24,558 bases of DNA from assembly GCA_964610865.1 (NCBI GenBank), contig CAZSWX010000001.1, forward strand, positions 1 to 24,558, in the 5' to 3' direction. Shown piece after piece: positions 8,429-17,255 of this stretch; the first letter of the stretch is position 1; every line of letters begins with the position of its first letter. A program made the position numbers and the translations under genes. Source of the DNA: an uncultured Enterobacteriaceae bacterium. Lineage in GTDB: Bacteria; Desulfobacterota; Binatia; Bin18. The notes under the pieces are model-generated. The model did not search any database, was not told the origin of the DNA, and was given only the letters and a program-made list of their open reading frames with translations.

Positions 8429-9562
8429 ATGGAAAAACTGATACCCGGACTCGAAGGGGTGCCAATAATGGAGTCTGAGATTGGCTTCATTAATGGGCAA
8501 GAGGGTGTCCTGGAATACCGAGGCATCTCAATTGAGGAGCTAGCCGAAAAGAGCACGTTCGAAGAGGTTTCTTACCTTTTACTGTTCGGAAAATTACCTG
8601 CGGGAGAAGAGTTGAAAAGGTTCGATCATAACCTCCGGACGCACCGACGAGTCAAATATAGGATCCTGGACATGCTAAAATGCATGCCAGAAAACGGTCA
8701 TCCTATGGACATGCTACAGGCCGCAGTAGCTGCGATGGGGATGTTTTACCCGGCACGGGATATTAGAGATGAAGAGCAACGCTACTGGTCGACCGTCCGG
8801 CTGATAGCCAAAATGCCGACTATAGTAGCTGCATTTGAACGTATGCGGCATGGAGATGAGCCGGTCCGGCCTCGTGACGATCTGGGCCACGCAGCCAATT
8901 TTCTTTGGATGTTAACTGAAGAAGAGCCGGACCCTCTGGATGCACGAATCATGGATGTGTGTTTGATATTGCATGCCGAACATACAATGAACGCCTCGAC
9001 TTTTAGCGGTCTTGTGGTGGGTTCGACGGAAGCCGACCCTTACACTATGGTATCTTCCGCTATCGGAGCTCTAACAGGGCCGTTGCACGGCGGTGCCAAT
9101 GAGCAAGCGTTGAAGATGTTTCGGGAGATAGAGACGGTTGAAAATGCGAAGCCATTTATAGAGGCCAGGTTGGCTGCCAAACAGAAAATAATGGGTATGG
9201 GTCACCGGGTTTACAAAGTGAAGGATCCTCGCGCAAACGCGCTTCAGGGACTTGCCATGAAACTTTTTGAGGCCAAAGGTGAGCATCCGCTATATAGGGT
9301 AGCTCAAGAGGTCGAGAAGGTTATTAGCGAACGGGTTGGGGCCAAAGGAATTGCGTCCAACGTGGATTTCTATTCGGGTGTCGTCTACGACAAGCTCGGG
9401 ATCCCAATCGATCAGTTTACGCCGATTTTCGCGATCGCGCGTGTCTCTGGATGGCTCGCCCATTGGCATGAACAACTAAGAAACAACCGGATCTTTAGGC
9501 CCACTCAGGTTTATACGGGAGACCACGAGTCTCCGTACGTTGACCCGGCAAATCGCGCCTAA
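8429..9562 (+). CDS. gltA: Citrate synthase (short, dimeric-type; citrate/2-methylcitrate synthase family)
   Basis: 377 aa. PGLEGV, LHAEHTMNASTF, GPLHGGANE, MGMGHRVYKVKDPR, NVDFYSG, NRIFRP. Citrate versus methylcitrate specificity cannot be decided by eye. Confidence 0.9.
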   Translation: MEKLIPGLEGVPIMESEIGFINGQEGVLEYRGISIEELAEKSTFEEVSYLLLFGKLPAGEELKRFDHNLRTHRRVKYRILDMLKCMPENGHPMDMLQAAVAAMGMFYPARDIRDEEQRYWSTVRLIAKMPTIVAAFERMRHGDEPVRPRDDLGHAANFLWMLTEEEPDPLDARIMDVCLILHAEHTMNASTFSGLVVGSTEADPYTMVSSAIGALTGPLHGGANEQALKMFREIETVENAKPFIEARLAAKQKIMGMGHRVYKVKDPRANALQGLAMKLFEAKGEHPLYRVAQEVEKVISERVGAKGIASNVDFYSGVVYDKLGIPIDQFTPIFAIARVSGWLAHWHEQLRNNRIFRPTQVYTGDHESPYVDPANRA

Positions 9563-9621
9563 CCCCGGAATGTTCGGCCCATACTGGACTGAGCGGTCCG
9601 GTTGGGACGGTAACGACTCGG

Positions 9622-10590
9622 TCATGCCTTCTCCAGATCGCTAGCATTAACGCAATTGAGTGGCAGGTCGCCGACGCGGAGGCGGTTTATATTCTCGGCC
9701 ACTCGAATCGCGATGCCTGCGAGACTTACGTCGGTCGCGCCTCCTATGTGCGGGGTGGAGAGGACGTTGTACTGAAAGATCTCGTCGTCAGGGTTGAATG
9801 GCTCTTCCCAGAAAACATCCAGGCCAGCGCCCGCAATTCGCTTTTCTTTCAGGGCATAAAGTAGGGCCTCGTATTCGATTACAGGTCCTCTAGCCACGTT
9901 TATCAGGAAGCTTCCTGGCTTCATGCATTCAAACTCGGTCCTGCCCATTAGACCACGGGTTTCCTCATTGAGGGGAGGTGCTGTAATGACGAAATCAGCC
10001 GCCACCAGGGCATCGTGGAGACCTTCTTGGTCCATGTGTTTCTTTAATAGCTTTTCATCTTGGTTGTCTCGGGCTCGCGGACCATGTTTAGAAACGGCGA
10101 AAAGGGTCATTCCAAACCCGGACAACCGCTGGGCTAGAGCCCGTCCGATGCCGCCGTAACCTATAATCGCGGCAGTTTTTCCCTTAAGGGCCTGTCCCAT
10201 CGGAGACCCCAATAAGCCCCATCGCATACTCTCTTGCGTTTCACGATACTTTCGAGCCAAACCAAGCATGAATAGAAGAGCGATTTCGGCTACAGATTCG
10301 GCATTGCCTGTTCCGGACGTGGGAACGTTCGCCACGTAGATACCGGCGTCCGTGGCGGCTTGAATGTCAACAGAATCGAGACCTGCGCCATATTGTTGAA
10401 CGAGTCTCAGTCTCGGAGATTGCATTGCCTCCGCAGTAACCGGTGAGACAGTGGGGATGAGTACGTCCGCACGTAACGCGATCTCGGGGACATCTTCCGC
10501 GTTACAGTCGGCTACATGATCTTTTGGCAGCTTCTCTTGAAGTATCCTGCATACATAGGCAAGACCTTTTCTGCAAAAATAAATGTCCAT
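9622..10590 (-). CDS. D-isomer-specific 2-hydroxyacid dehydrogenase family protein
   Basis: 322 aa. GAGLDSVDI, IIGYGGIG Rossmann motif, catalytic Arg (NVARG), Glu (DVFWEEP) and His (TPHIGG). Confidence 0.93.
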   Translation of the reverse strand: MDIYFCRKGLAYVCRILQEKLPKDHVADCNAEDVPEIALRADVLIPTVSPVTAEAMQSPRLRLVQQYGAGLDSVDIQAATDAGIYVANVPTSGTGNAESVAEIALLFMLGLARKYRETQESMRWGLLGSPMGQALKGKTAAIIGYGGIGRALAQRLSGFGMTLFAVSKHGPRARDNQDEKLLKKHMDQEGLHDALVAADFVITAPPLNEETRGLMGRTEFECMKPGSFLINVARGPVIEYEALLYALKEKRIAGAGLDVFWEEPFNPDDEIFQYNVLSTPHIGGATDVSLAGIAIRVAENINRLRVGDLPLNCVNASDLEKA

Positions 10591-10687
10591 AAATCACACA
10601 CGCACCGCGTTGCGTCTTTCAATCGGCTAGTTGATAATGACCCGTGTTGATAATAGGCGGCACTCGCCAAGAAGAAAAGGAGGGCTT

Positions 10688-11476
10688 ATGGACTACAGTA
10701 GTTACGAGTGTCTCAGTGCAGAAAGAGAAGGTAAAGTGCTGACACTGTCCTTTAACCGTGCAGAAGCGATGAATGCCATCAATGCGCAGCTTCACACGGA
10801 GTTGTCATGCATTTTTGCTGACATTGCCAAAGACGCGGATACGGAAGCAGTAGTATTTACCGGAAAGGGCAGAGCGTTTTGCGCCGGAGGAGACATTAAG
10901 TGGTTTCAAGACATGACCTCTGCCCAGTTAGACGACTTATTCACGGAGGCCCGTAAAATTATTATTGATATGTTAGAGGTTGAACAGCCCATTATCGCTG
11001 CAGTTAACGGTCCTGCGACAGGGTTAGGTGCGACCTTGGCACTCTTTTCCGATGTGATATTTGCAGCGGAAGATGCCAGAATAGGAGACCCGCACGTTCG
11101 TGTTGGGGTTGTTGCTGGAGACGGAGGCGCGGTTATCTGGCCATGGTTGATCGGGACGGCGAAAGCTAAGGAATTCCTTATGACCGGGGATTTAGTAAAA
11201 GCTGCTGAGGCGGAACGGATTGGTTTAGTAAACCACGTTGTCCCTAACACCGATTTGATCGCGCAGGCGACCGCGTTTGCGAAACGACTAGCGGATGGGC
11301 CTCGTATGGCCATTCGCGGGACGAAAGCTTCCGTTAACAAGATACTACGGGATACCGTGAATCTTGTTCTCGATACATCTCTGTCTATAGAAAAAGGCTG
11401 CTTTCTCACTGAAGACCATAAGGAAGCAATTCAGGCGTTTGTCGAAAAGCGTGAGCCCAAGTTTACGGGTAGGTGA
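10688..11476 (+). CDS. Crotonase (enoyl-CoA hydratase/isomerase) superfamily protein, His/Asp-dyad type
   Basis: ATG 10688 follows GGAGG; 262 aa. Oxyanion-hole motifs AFCAGGDI and AVNGPATGLG, GDPHVRVGVVAGDGG, and the C-terminus AFVEKREPKFTGR. Confidence 0.93.
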   Translation: MDYSSYECLSAEREGKVLTLSFNRAEAMNAINAQLHTELSCIFADIAKDADTEAVVFTGKGRAFCAGGDIKWFQDMTSAQLDDLFTEARKIIIDMLEVEQPIIAAVNGPATGLGATLALFSDVIFAAEDARIGDPHVRVGVVAGDGGAVIWPWLIGTAKAKEFLMTGDLVKAAEAERIGLVNHVVPNTDLIAQATAFAKRLADGPRMAIRGTKASVNKILRDTVNLVLDTSLSIEKGCFLTEDHKEAIQAFVEKREPKFTGR

Positions 11477-11516
11477 TCTGCGAGTTTACTCTAATTACCA
11501 GATGCATAATAGATCA

Positions 11517-11987
11517 ATGCCGCAGCGAGCCGGCCCCGCTCTCAGTACAACCAGTTGTCCCACCACCGTGCGAGTGGCTGTGATTCTGATTTTTCTGTAT
11601 GGAGGGTTATTCGTCTTTTGGGATATGATGGATCCGTTCTACAGAACCTACGCCACAGGTCCTGCCACAGTCTTGTTAGGCGTTCGTGTATTCGGGCTGT
11701 GGGCACAAATCGTACATCTAGTGCAGCTTATAGTTTGCGTTACCATGGCGTATTCGCTATTGAAGATGCACCGATTGGGGTGGCGACTTGTTCTTTTTTG
11801 CATTATTTACGTGACAATTTCCTTATTCGTTTGGGGGACCTTGTACCGGGAGCATGTGCAATTAATCGGGTTGATGGGTCTCTATTGTGCGATATTTGGC
11901 GCTTTGTTCGGGCTTACTTACCCGCATCGGAACAAATATCTGAATCGCTGGACGCGAGGTTTCGGAAACGGCGGCCCGGCGAAGTAG
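11517..11987 (+). CDS. Hypothetical integral membrane protein (about 4 TM helices)
   Basis: Four hydrophobic segments in an ORF that fills the gap between the crotonase gene and fabI. The start is uncertain: ATG 11502 or 11517. The track's TTG at 11439 overlaps the upstream gene. Confidence 0.7.
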   Translation: MPQRAGPALSTTSCPTTVRVAVILIFLYGGLFVFWDMMDPFYRTYATGPATVLLGVRVFGLWAQIVHLVQLIVCVTMAYSLLKMHRLGWRLVLFCIIYVTISLFVWGTLYREHVQLIGLMGLYCAIFGALFGLTYPHRNKYLNRWTRGFGNGGPAK

Positions 11988-12003
11988 CTAACTTGGGGGG
12001 ATA

Positions 12004-12822
12004 ATGGCGGGTTCGAATGGTCATATTGGTGATTTTTTAAATTTTTCTGGGAAAACAGCGCTGGTTGCGGGGGTACTGGACGAGAATTCTATAGGCTGGC
12101 CGATCGCGAAGTTGCTGAACGACGCGGGGGCGAGAGTTGCTTTATCGATTCAGAGGAAAGCAGTCCGCCGTATGATGGGGTCCATCCCGGACCAACTGCG
12201 AGATCCCCTCATTATTGAGTGCGACGTAGGAAAAGATGATCAAGTAGAAAGTCTATTCTCCCAGTTGGGAAAGGAGTACGGACATCTTGATTACCTAATA
12301 CATTCGATAGCTTATGCGCCCCCGACATCTTTCGGGCAGCGGTTTATTAATATTTCTCGCAGTGATTTTACTTTGGCGATGGAGGTGAGTGCCTACTCTT
12401 TAATAGCCCTGGCAAATGGGGCCTTTCCCCTCATGAAGGATCAAGGAGGATGTATCCTTGCCATGACCTATTACGCTGGAGAGAAAGTTATTCCGGGTTA
12501 CCAATTAATGAGTATTACGAAAGCGGCCTTAGATAATATCATTAGAAATATGGCGTTCGATTTGGCGCCGCATGCCATACGAGTGAACGGGCTTTCACCT
12601 GGCCCCACGGCTACGAAAGCGGGCACTAGTATCCCTGGTTTTGAAATCATGCAAAATCACATGCGGGAATTTGCCCCTCTCCGGAAAGAGATTCTTAATA
12701 CCGATGCTGGGAAGGCGGCCCTCTTTTTGTGTAGTCCCCTAGCGGAAAAAATTACGGGAGAAATAGTGCACATTGACGGGGGTTATAACATCATGGGCAT
12801 GACCTTGAAGCCCCCAGATTAA
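12004..12822 (+). CDS. fabI: Enoyl-[acyl-carrier-protein] reductase FabI
   Basis: 272 aa. GVLDENSIGWPIA, HSIAYAP, VSAYSLIAL, catalytic Y-X6-K (YQLMSITK), IRVNGLSPGP, ITGEIVHIDGGY. Confidence 0.93.
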   Translation: MAGSNGHIGDFLNFSGKTALVAGVLDENSIGWPIAKLLNDAGARVALSIQRKAVRRMMGSIPDQLRDPLIIECDVGKDDQVESLFSQLGKEYGHLDYLIHSIAYAPPTSFGQRFINISRSDFTLAMEVSAYSLIALANGAFPLMKDQGGCILAMTYYAGEKVIPGYQLMSITKAALDNIIRNMAFDLAPHAIRVNGLSPGPTATKAGTSIPGFEIMQNHMREFAPLRKEILNTDAGKAALFLCSPLAEKITGEIVHIDGGYNIMGMTLKPPD

Positions 12823-12901
12823 AGATGGTCGGTTGCAGAAAAGTGGGGTGCTCGAATTACTGTGGCGAGCTAGGCGCGCGGTCAAGTAGCATAGCGCTTC
12901 C

Positions 12902-13981
12902 TCAGGCACCTTTGCCGGTGAGTTCTTTTATATTCGATAAGCCGTCCTGTTGAAGCAAACGCTCGAGCCCGCTTGTTACCTTTTGCGCGAGAAATGGCCC
13001 TTCAAAAATCATACCTGTGTATATTTGGATTAAAGAGGCCCCGGCCCTTATACGTTGATAGGCGTCTTGTGACGAGAATATACCGCCCACGCCTATTAGT
13101 GGTAGGTTGCCTTCAACAGCATGGTACATGGTGCGGAGGGTCTCTTCCGCTCGAGAGGCGAGTGGACGACCGCTCAAACCGCCTTTCCTAGGCGTACGGA
13201 GGGAGAGATTGCCGAGTTCGGTTGTGGTGTTTGTGGCTATCATTCCGGACACACCGACAGAAACCGCCAGGTGGCCAATTTCTTTAACCTCAGATTTGGA
13301 GAGTTCTGGAGAAATTTTGATCAGAATAGGCGCGGGGCTACAGCCCTCCGAGGTTGATCGACGAACGTAACTGAGAAGGGTCTCCAGAAGGACACCCAAA
13401 CGATGAGGCGATTGAAGTTTTCGGAGTTCTGGAGTGTTCGGTGAACTAACATTGACAACAATGTAGTCCGCGAAGGGCAATAGCGCTTCACAGCACGTCA
13501 GGTAGTCCTCGACCGCGTAGTCGATATCGGTCGCTTTGGATTTGCCTATATTGAATCCTATTGGAATTAAACGTTTGTCTGATCCGCGCAGTTGAGTCTG
13601 TAATAGTGTGGTGACAGCGTCGACACCTATATTGTTAAAACCGAGGCAATTTATAAGTGCGCGTTCCTTTGCGAACCGGAATATTCGCGGTCTTGGATTA
13701 CCTTCCTGTCGTTTAGGCGTAATTGTTCCCATCTCGGCAAAGCCAAATCCGAACCTGTGCCAAATGTTCGGTATGTTAGCGTTCTTGTCGTAGCCGGCCG
13801 CTAAACCAACTGGATTTGGGAAGGTCAGGCCCCACAGGCGCTGTGCAAGTGCAGGGTGTTGGTCGCGGGCCGTGGTGCCAATCGGTAGCGATTGCAGCAT
13901 TTTTAAGGCGTGTATTGAGAGAGAGTGTGCCCGCTCTGGATCAAGAAGGAACAGAAGTGGCCGGACAAAGCGATACAACAT
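12902..13981 (-). CDS. pyrD: Quinone-dependent dihydroorotate dehydrogenase (class 2)
   Basis: 359 aa. LDPERAH, FPNPVGLAAGYDKN, QEGNPRPRIFR, GFNNIG, NVSSPNT (catalytic Ser), GGLSG, GASLIQIYTG. Confidence 0.97.
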   Translation of the reverse strand: MLYRFVRPLLFLLDPERAHSLSIHALKMLQSLPIGTTARDQHPALAQRLWGLTFPNPVGLAAGYDKNANIPNIWHRFGFGFAEMGTITPKRQEGNPRPRIFRFAKERALINCLGFNNIGVDAVTTLLQTQLRGSDKRLIPIGFNIGKSKATDIDYAVEDYLTCCEALLPFADYIVVNVSSPNTPELRKLQSPHRLGVLLETLLSYVRRSTSEGCSPAPILIKISPELSKSEVKEIGHLAVSVGVSGMIATNTTTELGNLSLRTPRKGGLSGRPLASRAEETLRTMYHAVEGNLPLIGVGGIFSSQDAYQRIRAGASLIQIYTGMIFEGPFLAQKVTSGLERLLQQDGLSNIKELTGKGA

Positions 13982-13987
13982 GACAAG

Positions 13988-14701
13988 TCACTCCGTCTTG
14001 AATATTTGAGGCCTCTGACGCCGGAGAAGAACAAGCGTATTGGATGCAGCCGCTTGATGGGCTCGTTTTTTACTAGGGCCTTCTCCACGTCCATAAACCT
14101 TACCGGAGATAGAGACCTGGCTCACAAATGATTTCTCGTGGTCAGGCCCGGCCATACCGACTATCTCATATAGCGGGACTTCCTTGAACGTCTTTTGGGT
14201 GATTTCCTGCAGCCGAGTTTTGTTGTCAAACTGCGATATTCTGCCTGTAGTTTGCAGCTCGGATTCGAAATGTTTTGCAACTAACCGTTTAGCAGGCTTG
14301 TACCCGCCATCGAGAAAGACCGCTCCTAGGATTGCTTCGTACGTTGCCGCCAAGATAGACTGCTTTTGACGGCCGCCGCTCTGTTCTTCGCCAGCTCCCA
14401 TTCGGACCCATCCTCCAAGCGATAGCACTCTCGCTTTCTCCGCAAGGGTTTCCGCGTTGACGAGTGAAGCGCGCAACTTCGACAGATCGCCTTCCCTATA
14501 GGCGGGAAAGGCATGGAACAGAAGTTCACTGATGGCGAGATCGAGAACTGAATCGCCTAGAAATTCCAGTTTTTCGTTGTGGTCCTCGTCCTCTTGTAGG
14601 GGAATCGATCGGTGCGTGAGCGCGAGGAAAAGGAGTTTTGAATCCAAAAAGTCATAACCCAAAATCGTCTCTAGGACGGTGGTATCTTTTGAGGCGTGCA
14701 T
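13988..14701 (-). CDS. rnc: Ribonuclease III
   Basis: ALTHRS, signature NEKLEFLGDSVL, EAILGAVFLDGG, and a C-terminal dsRBD (KTRLQE...GPDHEKSF...GEGPSKKRA). The likely start is ATG 14701, 5 nt after the mtaB stop; the track start at 14761 overlaps mtaB. Confidence 0.97.
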   Translation of the reverse strand: MHASKDTTVLETILGYDFLDSKLLFLALTHRSIPLQEDEDHNEKLEFLGDSVLDLAISELLFHAFPAYREGDLSKLRASLVNAETLAEKARVLSLGGWVRMGAGEEQSGGRQKQSILAATYEAILGAVFLDGGYKPAKRLVAKHFESELQTTGRISQFDNKTRLQEITQKTFKEVPLYEIVGMAGPDHEKSFVSQVSISGKVYGRGEGPSKKRAHQAAASNTLVLLRRQRPQIFKTE

Positions 14702-14706
14702 GCCGT

Positions 14707-16098
14707 TCACAGTGATTTGGCGTGCTGTTCTTTTTCGAGGGGCTCGATAGTCCCCGTACATCGGCCGCGTTGTGAGCTTAGGATTCTAACGGAAACTTCG
14801 CGATTCATAAGGCCGTCGTCACCATCCGCGAACACGCGCACGTAATTTCGACTGTAACCTTTGAGTGCACCGGTCTCGGTGTCCCTTGAATTTTCAAATA
14901 AGACAGGAAGGGTCCTGCCGATAAATTGTTGGGTGAAGCATTGTTTCTTTTCTTCACCTAAGGACCGTACTGTGTGAGCGCGTTGGCGAATCACTTCGCC
15001 TGGGACACGATCGGATAATTTAGCCGCGGTAGTTCCACTCCGAACGGAATAGGGAAACACATGGAAGTATGTGAATGGACTAGATTCGAGGAAATTTAAT
15101 CCGGATTCGAATTCTTGGTCACCCTCTCCGGGGAATCCGACTATGAGGTCAGTACCTACTGCTGCGTCAGGCAGGGCCTGCCGCACATCTTCGAGAACAT
15201 TTCGGGCGAGAGAGGTATCGTATCTGCGCCGCATACGCTTGAGAACGAGGTCGTTTCCCCACTGCAACGGGATGTGCAGATGCGGGCAGATCGTTTCTGA
15301 CTCTGCGACAAGCCTCAACAATTCGGGACTAATTTCATGAGGGTCCAACGAACTTAAGCGTATCCGTGGTGCCGGTTGTCTTTCCTCGATGGTATTTAGC
15401 AACCGGTGCAGGTTTGTAGGTGACTTAAGGTCTGCGCCGTATCCGCCTAAGTGGATGCCAGTGAGTACTATTTCTTGAAAGCCTTGATCTGCGAGCCGAT
15501 GAAGTTCATCCATGATCCGGCGAGGTTCCACACTGCGACTCTTACCCCGAGACTGCGGCACGATACAAAATGTACAGAACAAATCGCACCCCTCTTGAAT
15601 CTTGAGAAACGCCCGAGTTTGTTTTTCGAATGCTAGAGCACCGAAAGTATCAATTTTGGGCTGCGTTGAACGTTTTGGCGGGCGCAGGTTGTCGATCAAA
15701 ACCCGGGCTGCTTGTTGTTCAGGATTCGAGACAACAGAGACCAGATCTTCCAGACGATTGAGACCTATTACATAGTCGACTTCGGGGAGTCGTGAAACCG
15801 CTGCAGGGCTTACCTGTGCGTAACAGCCCGTCATTATGACGTTCGCGTCTGGATTGAGACGCTTGGCCCTACGGGCTAGTTGCCGACTTTCCCTGTCAGC
15901 CTGGTCTGTGACGGTGCAACTATTTATGATGTAAACGTCCGCGTGTTCTTTGAATGACAGCCACTGATGACCCGCGGCAGACAAACGTTCTTGTATTGTC
16001 GTCGCGTCGTACTGGTTCACTTTGCACCCTAGGGTCGTAATCGCGAACCGTCTCGAAACGTGGGGCGAAACCGCCGCAGGAGGCCCCTTAATCGCCAT
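14707..16098 (-). CDS. mtaB: tRNA N6-threonylcarbamoyladenosine(37) methylthiotransferase MtaB
   Basis: 463 aa. TLGCKVNQY, INSCTVT, TGCYAQ (MTTase Fe-S ligands), radical SAM motif QEGCDLFCTFC, LTGIHLG, RLSSLDP, HVFPYS. Confidence 0.93.
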   Translation of the reverse strand: MAIKGPPAAVSPHVSRRFAITTLGCKVNQYDATTIQERLSAAGHQWLSFKEHADVYIINSCTVTDQADRESRQLARRAKRLNPDANVIMTGCYAQVSPAAVSRLPEVDYVIGLNRLEDLVSVVSNPEQQAARVLIDNLRPPKRSTQPKIDTFGALAFEKQTRAFLKIQEGCDLFCTFCIVPQSRGKSRSVEPRRIMDELHRLADQGFQEIVLTGIHLGGYGADLKSPTNLHRLLNTIEERQPAPRIRLSSLDPHEISPELLRLVAESETICPHLHIPLQWGNDLVLKRMRRRYDTSLARNVLEDVRQALPDAAVGTDLIVGFPGEGDQEFESGLNFLESSPFTYFHVFPYSVRSGTTAAKLSDRVPGEVIRQRAHTVRSLGEEKKQCFTQQFIGRTLPVLFENSRDTETGALKGYSRNYVRVFADGDDGLMNREVSVRILSSQRGRCTGTIEPLEKEQHAKSL

Positions 16099-16113
16099 GA
16101 TTGTAAAAACCTT

Positions 16114-17235
16114 TCAAATTAAAGGCCCCTCTATCCAACCTCCCCCGAGGACGATATCTCCATCGTAGAATACCACCGCTTGTCCGGGGGCGACACCTCC
16201 GCAGGATTCGTCGAACCAAATTTCCGCTTCGCGAGATCGGCCTGGTTGTACAGTGGCTATTACAGGGTCGTGTCGATAGCGGATTTTTGCGGCCACGGTG
16301 ATTTCGTCTTTCTGTCCCCCCTTCACCCAGTGGACGTTGCTCGCTCGGAGGCCCCGGACTTTTAGCTGAGACTTCTTCCCGACGGTTACTTGGTGGTTGG
16401 CCGCATCTATCTTTGTCACGTAATGGGGTTCCGTTAAGCCGCCCAATCCCAGACCACGCCTCTGTCCTATGGTGAAGTGATGGATACCATTATGGGTTCC
16501 CATTACGCGTCCGTCTCGGTCGACAATTTTACCGGGGACGATTTCAAATGTCTCGCTGTTTCGTTCCACGAATTTGGCATAGTTCCCGTCGGGAACGAAG
16601 CAGATGTCCTGACTTTCAGGTTTTTCTGCTACGCCAAGTTCCAATTCCCGGGCTTTCTCACGCACCTGTTCCTTTGTTAGGTGCCCAACCGGGAAAAAAG
16701 TCCTTTTCAGCTGAGATTGATTGAGTGTGAACAGAAAATAAGATTGGTCCTTGTGTCGATCGGCACCGCGAAGTAGCTGAGCGCTTCCGTCGGTGTCATT
16801 GACCATGATCCGGGCATAGTGCCCTGTTGCAACGTAATTTGCATCAAGTTCTTTTGCTCGCTGCCAGAGAAGGTCGAATTTGAGGTCACGGTTGCACAGC
16901 AAGCACGGATTCGGGGTCCTCCCATTCTTGTAGTCGCGCGTGAAAACGTCAACGACACGCGTTTGGAACGCTTCCTTGAGGTTCAAAACGTAGTACGGTA
17001 TGCCGAGTCGGTTTGAGACCCGGCGTGCATCTTGAAAATCGTCTATGGAACAGCAACCGCTTTGTTGACCGTCTACGGCACCAGCGAGCAGCATCGAGAT
17101 TGCGATGACTTCGTACCCGGCCTCGACGAGGAGCGCGGTTGCTACAGCGCTGTCTACGCCACCGCTGAGAGCCGCGAGGACACGAGCACCTTTCGGTACA
17201 CTCTGAGTAGGACGAAATTCGATTTTCTTAGTCAT
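16114..17235 (-). CDS. mnmA: tRNA-specific 2-thiouridylase MnmA
   Basis: PP-loop SGGVDS, TPNPCLLCN, ATGHYAR, KDQSYFL, ESQDICF, HHFTIGQRRGLG, PGQAVVFY. Start ATG 17235 or TTG 17241. Confidence 0.97.
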   Translation of the reverse strand: MTKKIEFRPTQSVPKGARVLAALSGGVDSAVATALLVEAGYEVIAISMLLAGAVDGQQSGCCSIDDFQDARRVSNRLGIPYYVLNLKEAFQTRVVDVFTRDYKNGRTPNPCLLCNRDLKFDLLWQRAKELDANYVATGHYARIMVNDTDGSAQLLRGADRHKDQSYFLFTLNQSQLKRTFFPVGHLTKEQVREKARELELGVAEKPESQDICFVPDGNYAKFVERNSETFEIVPGKIVDRDGRVMGTHNGIHHFTIGQRRGLGLGGLTEPHYVTKIDAANHQVTVGKKSQLKVRGLRASNVHWVKGGQKDEITVAAKIRYRHDPVIATVQPGRSREAEIWFDESCGGVAPGQAVVFYDGDIVLGGGWIEGPLI

Positions 17236-17255
17236 GGACAATCCAGGGAAGGAAA

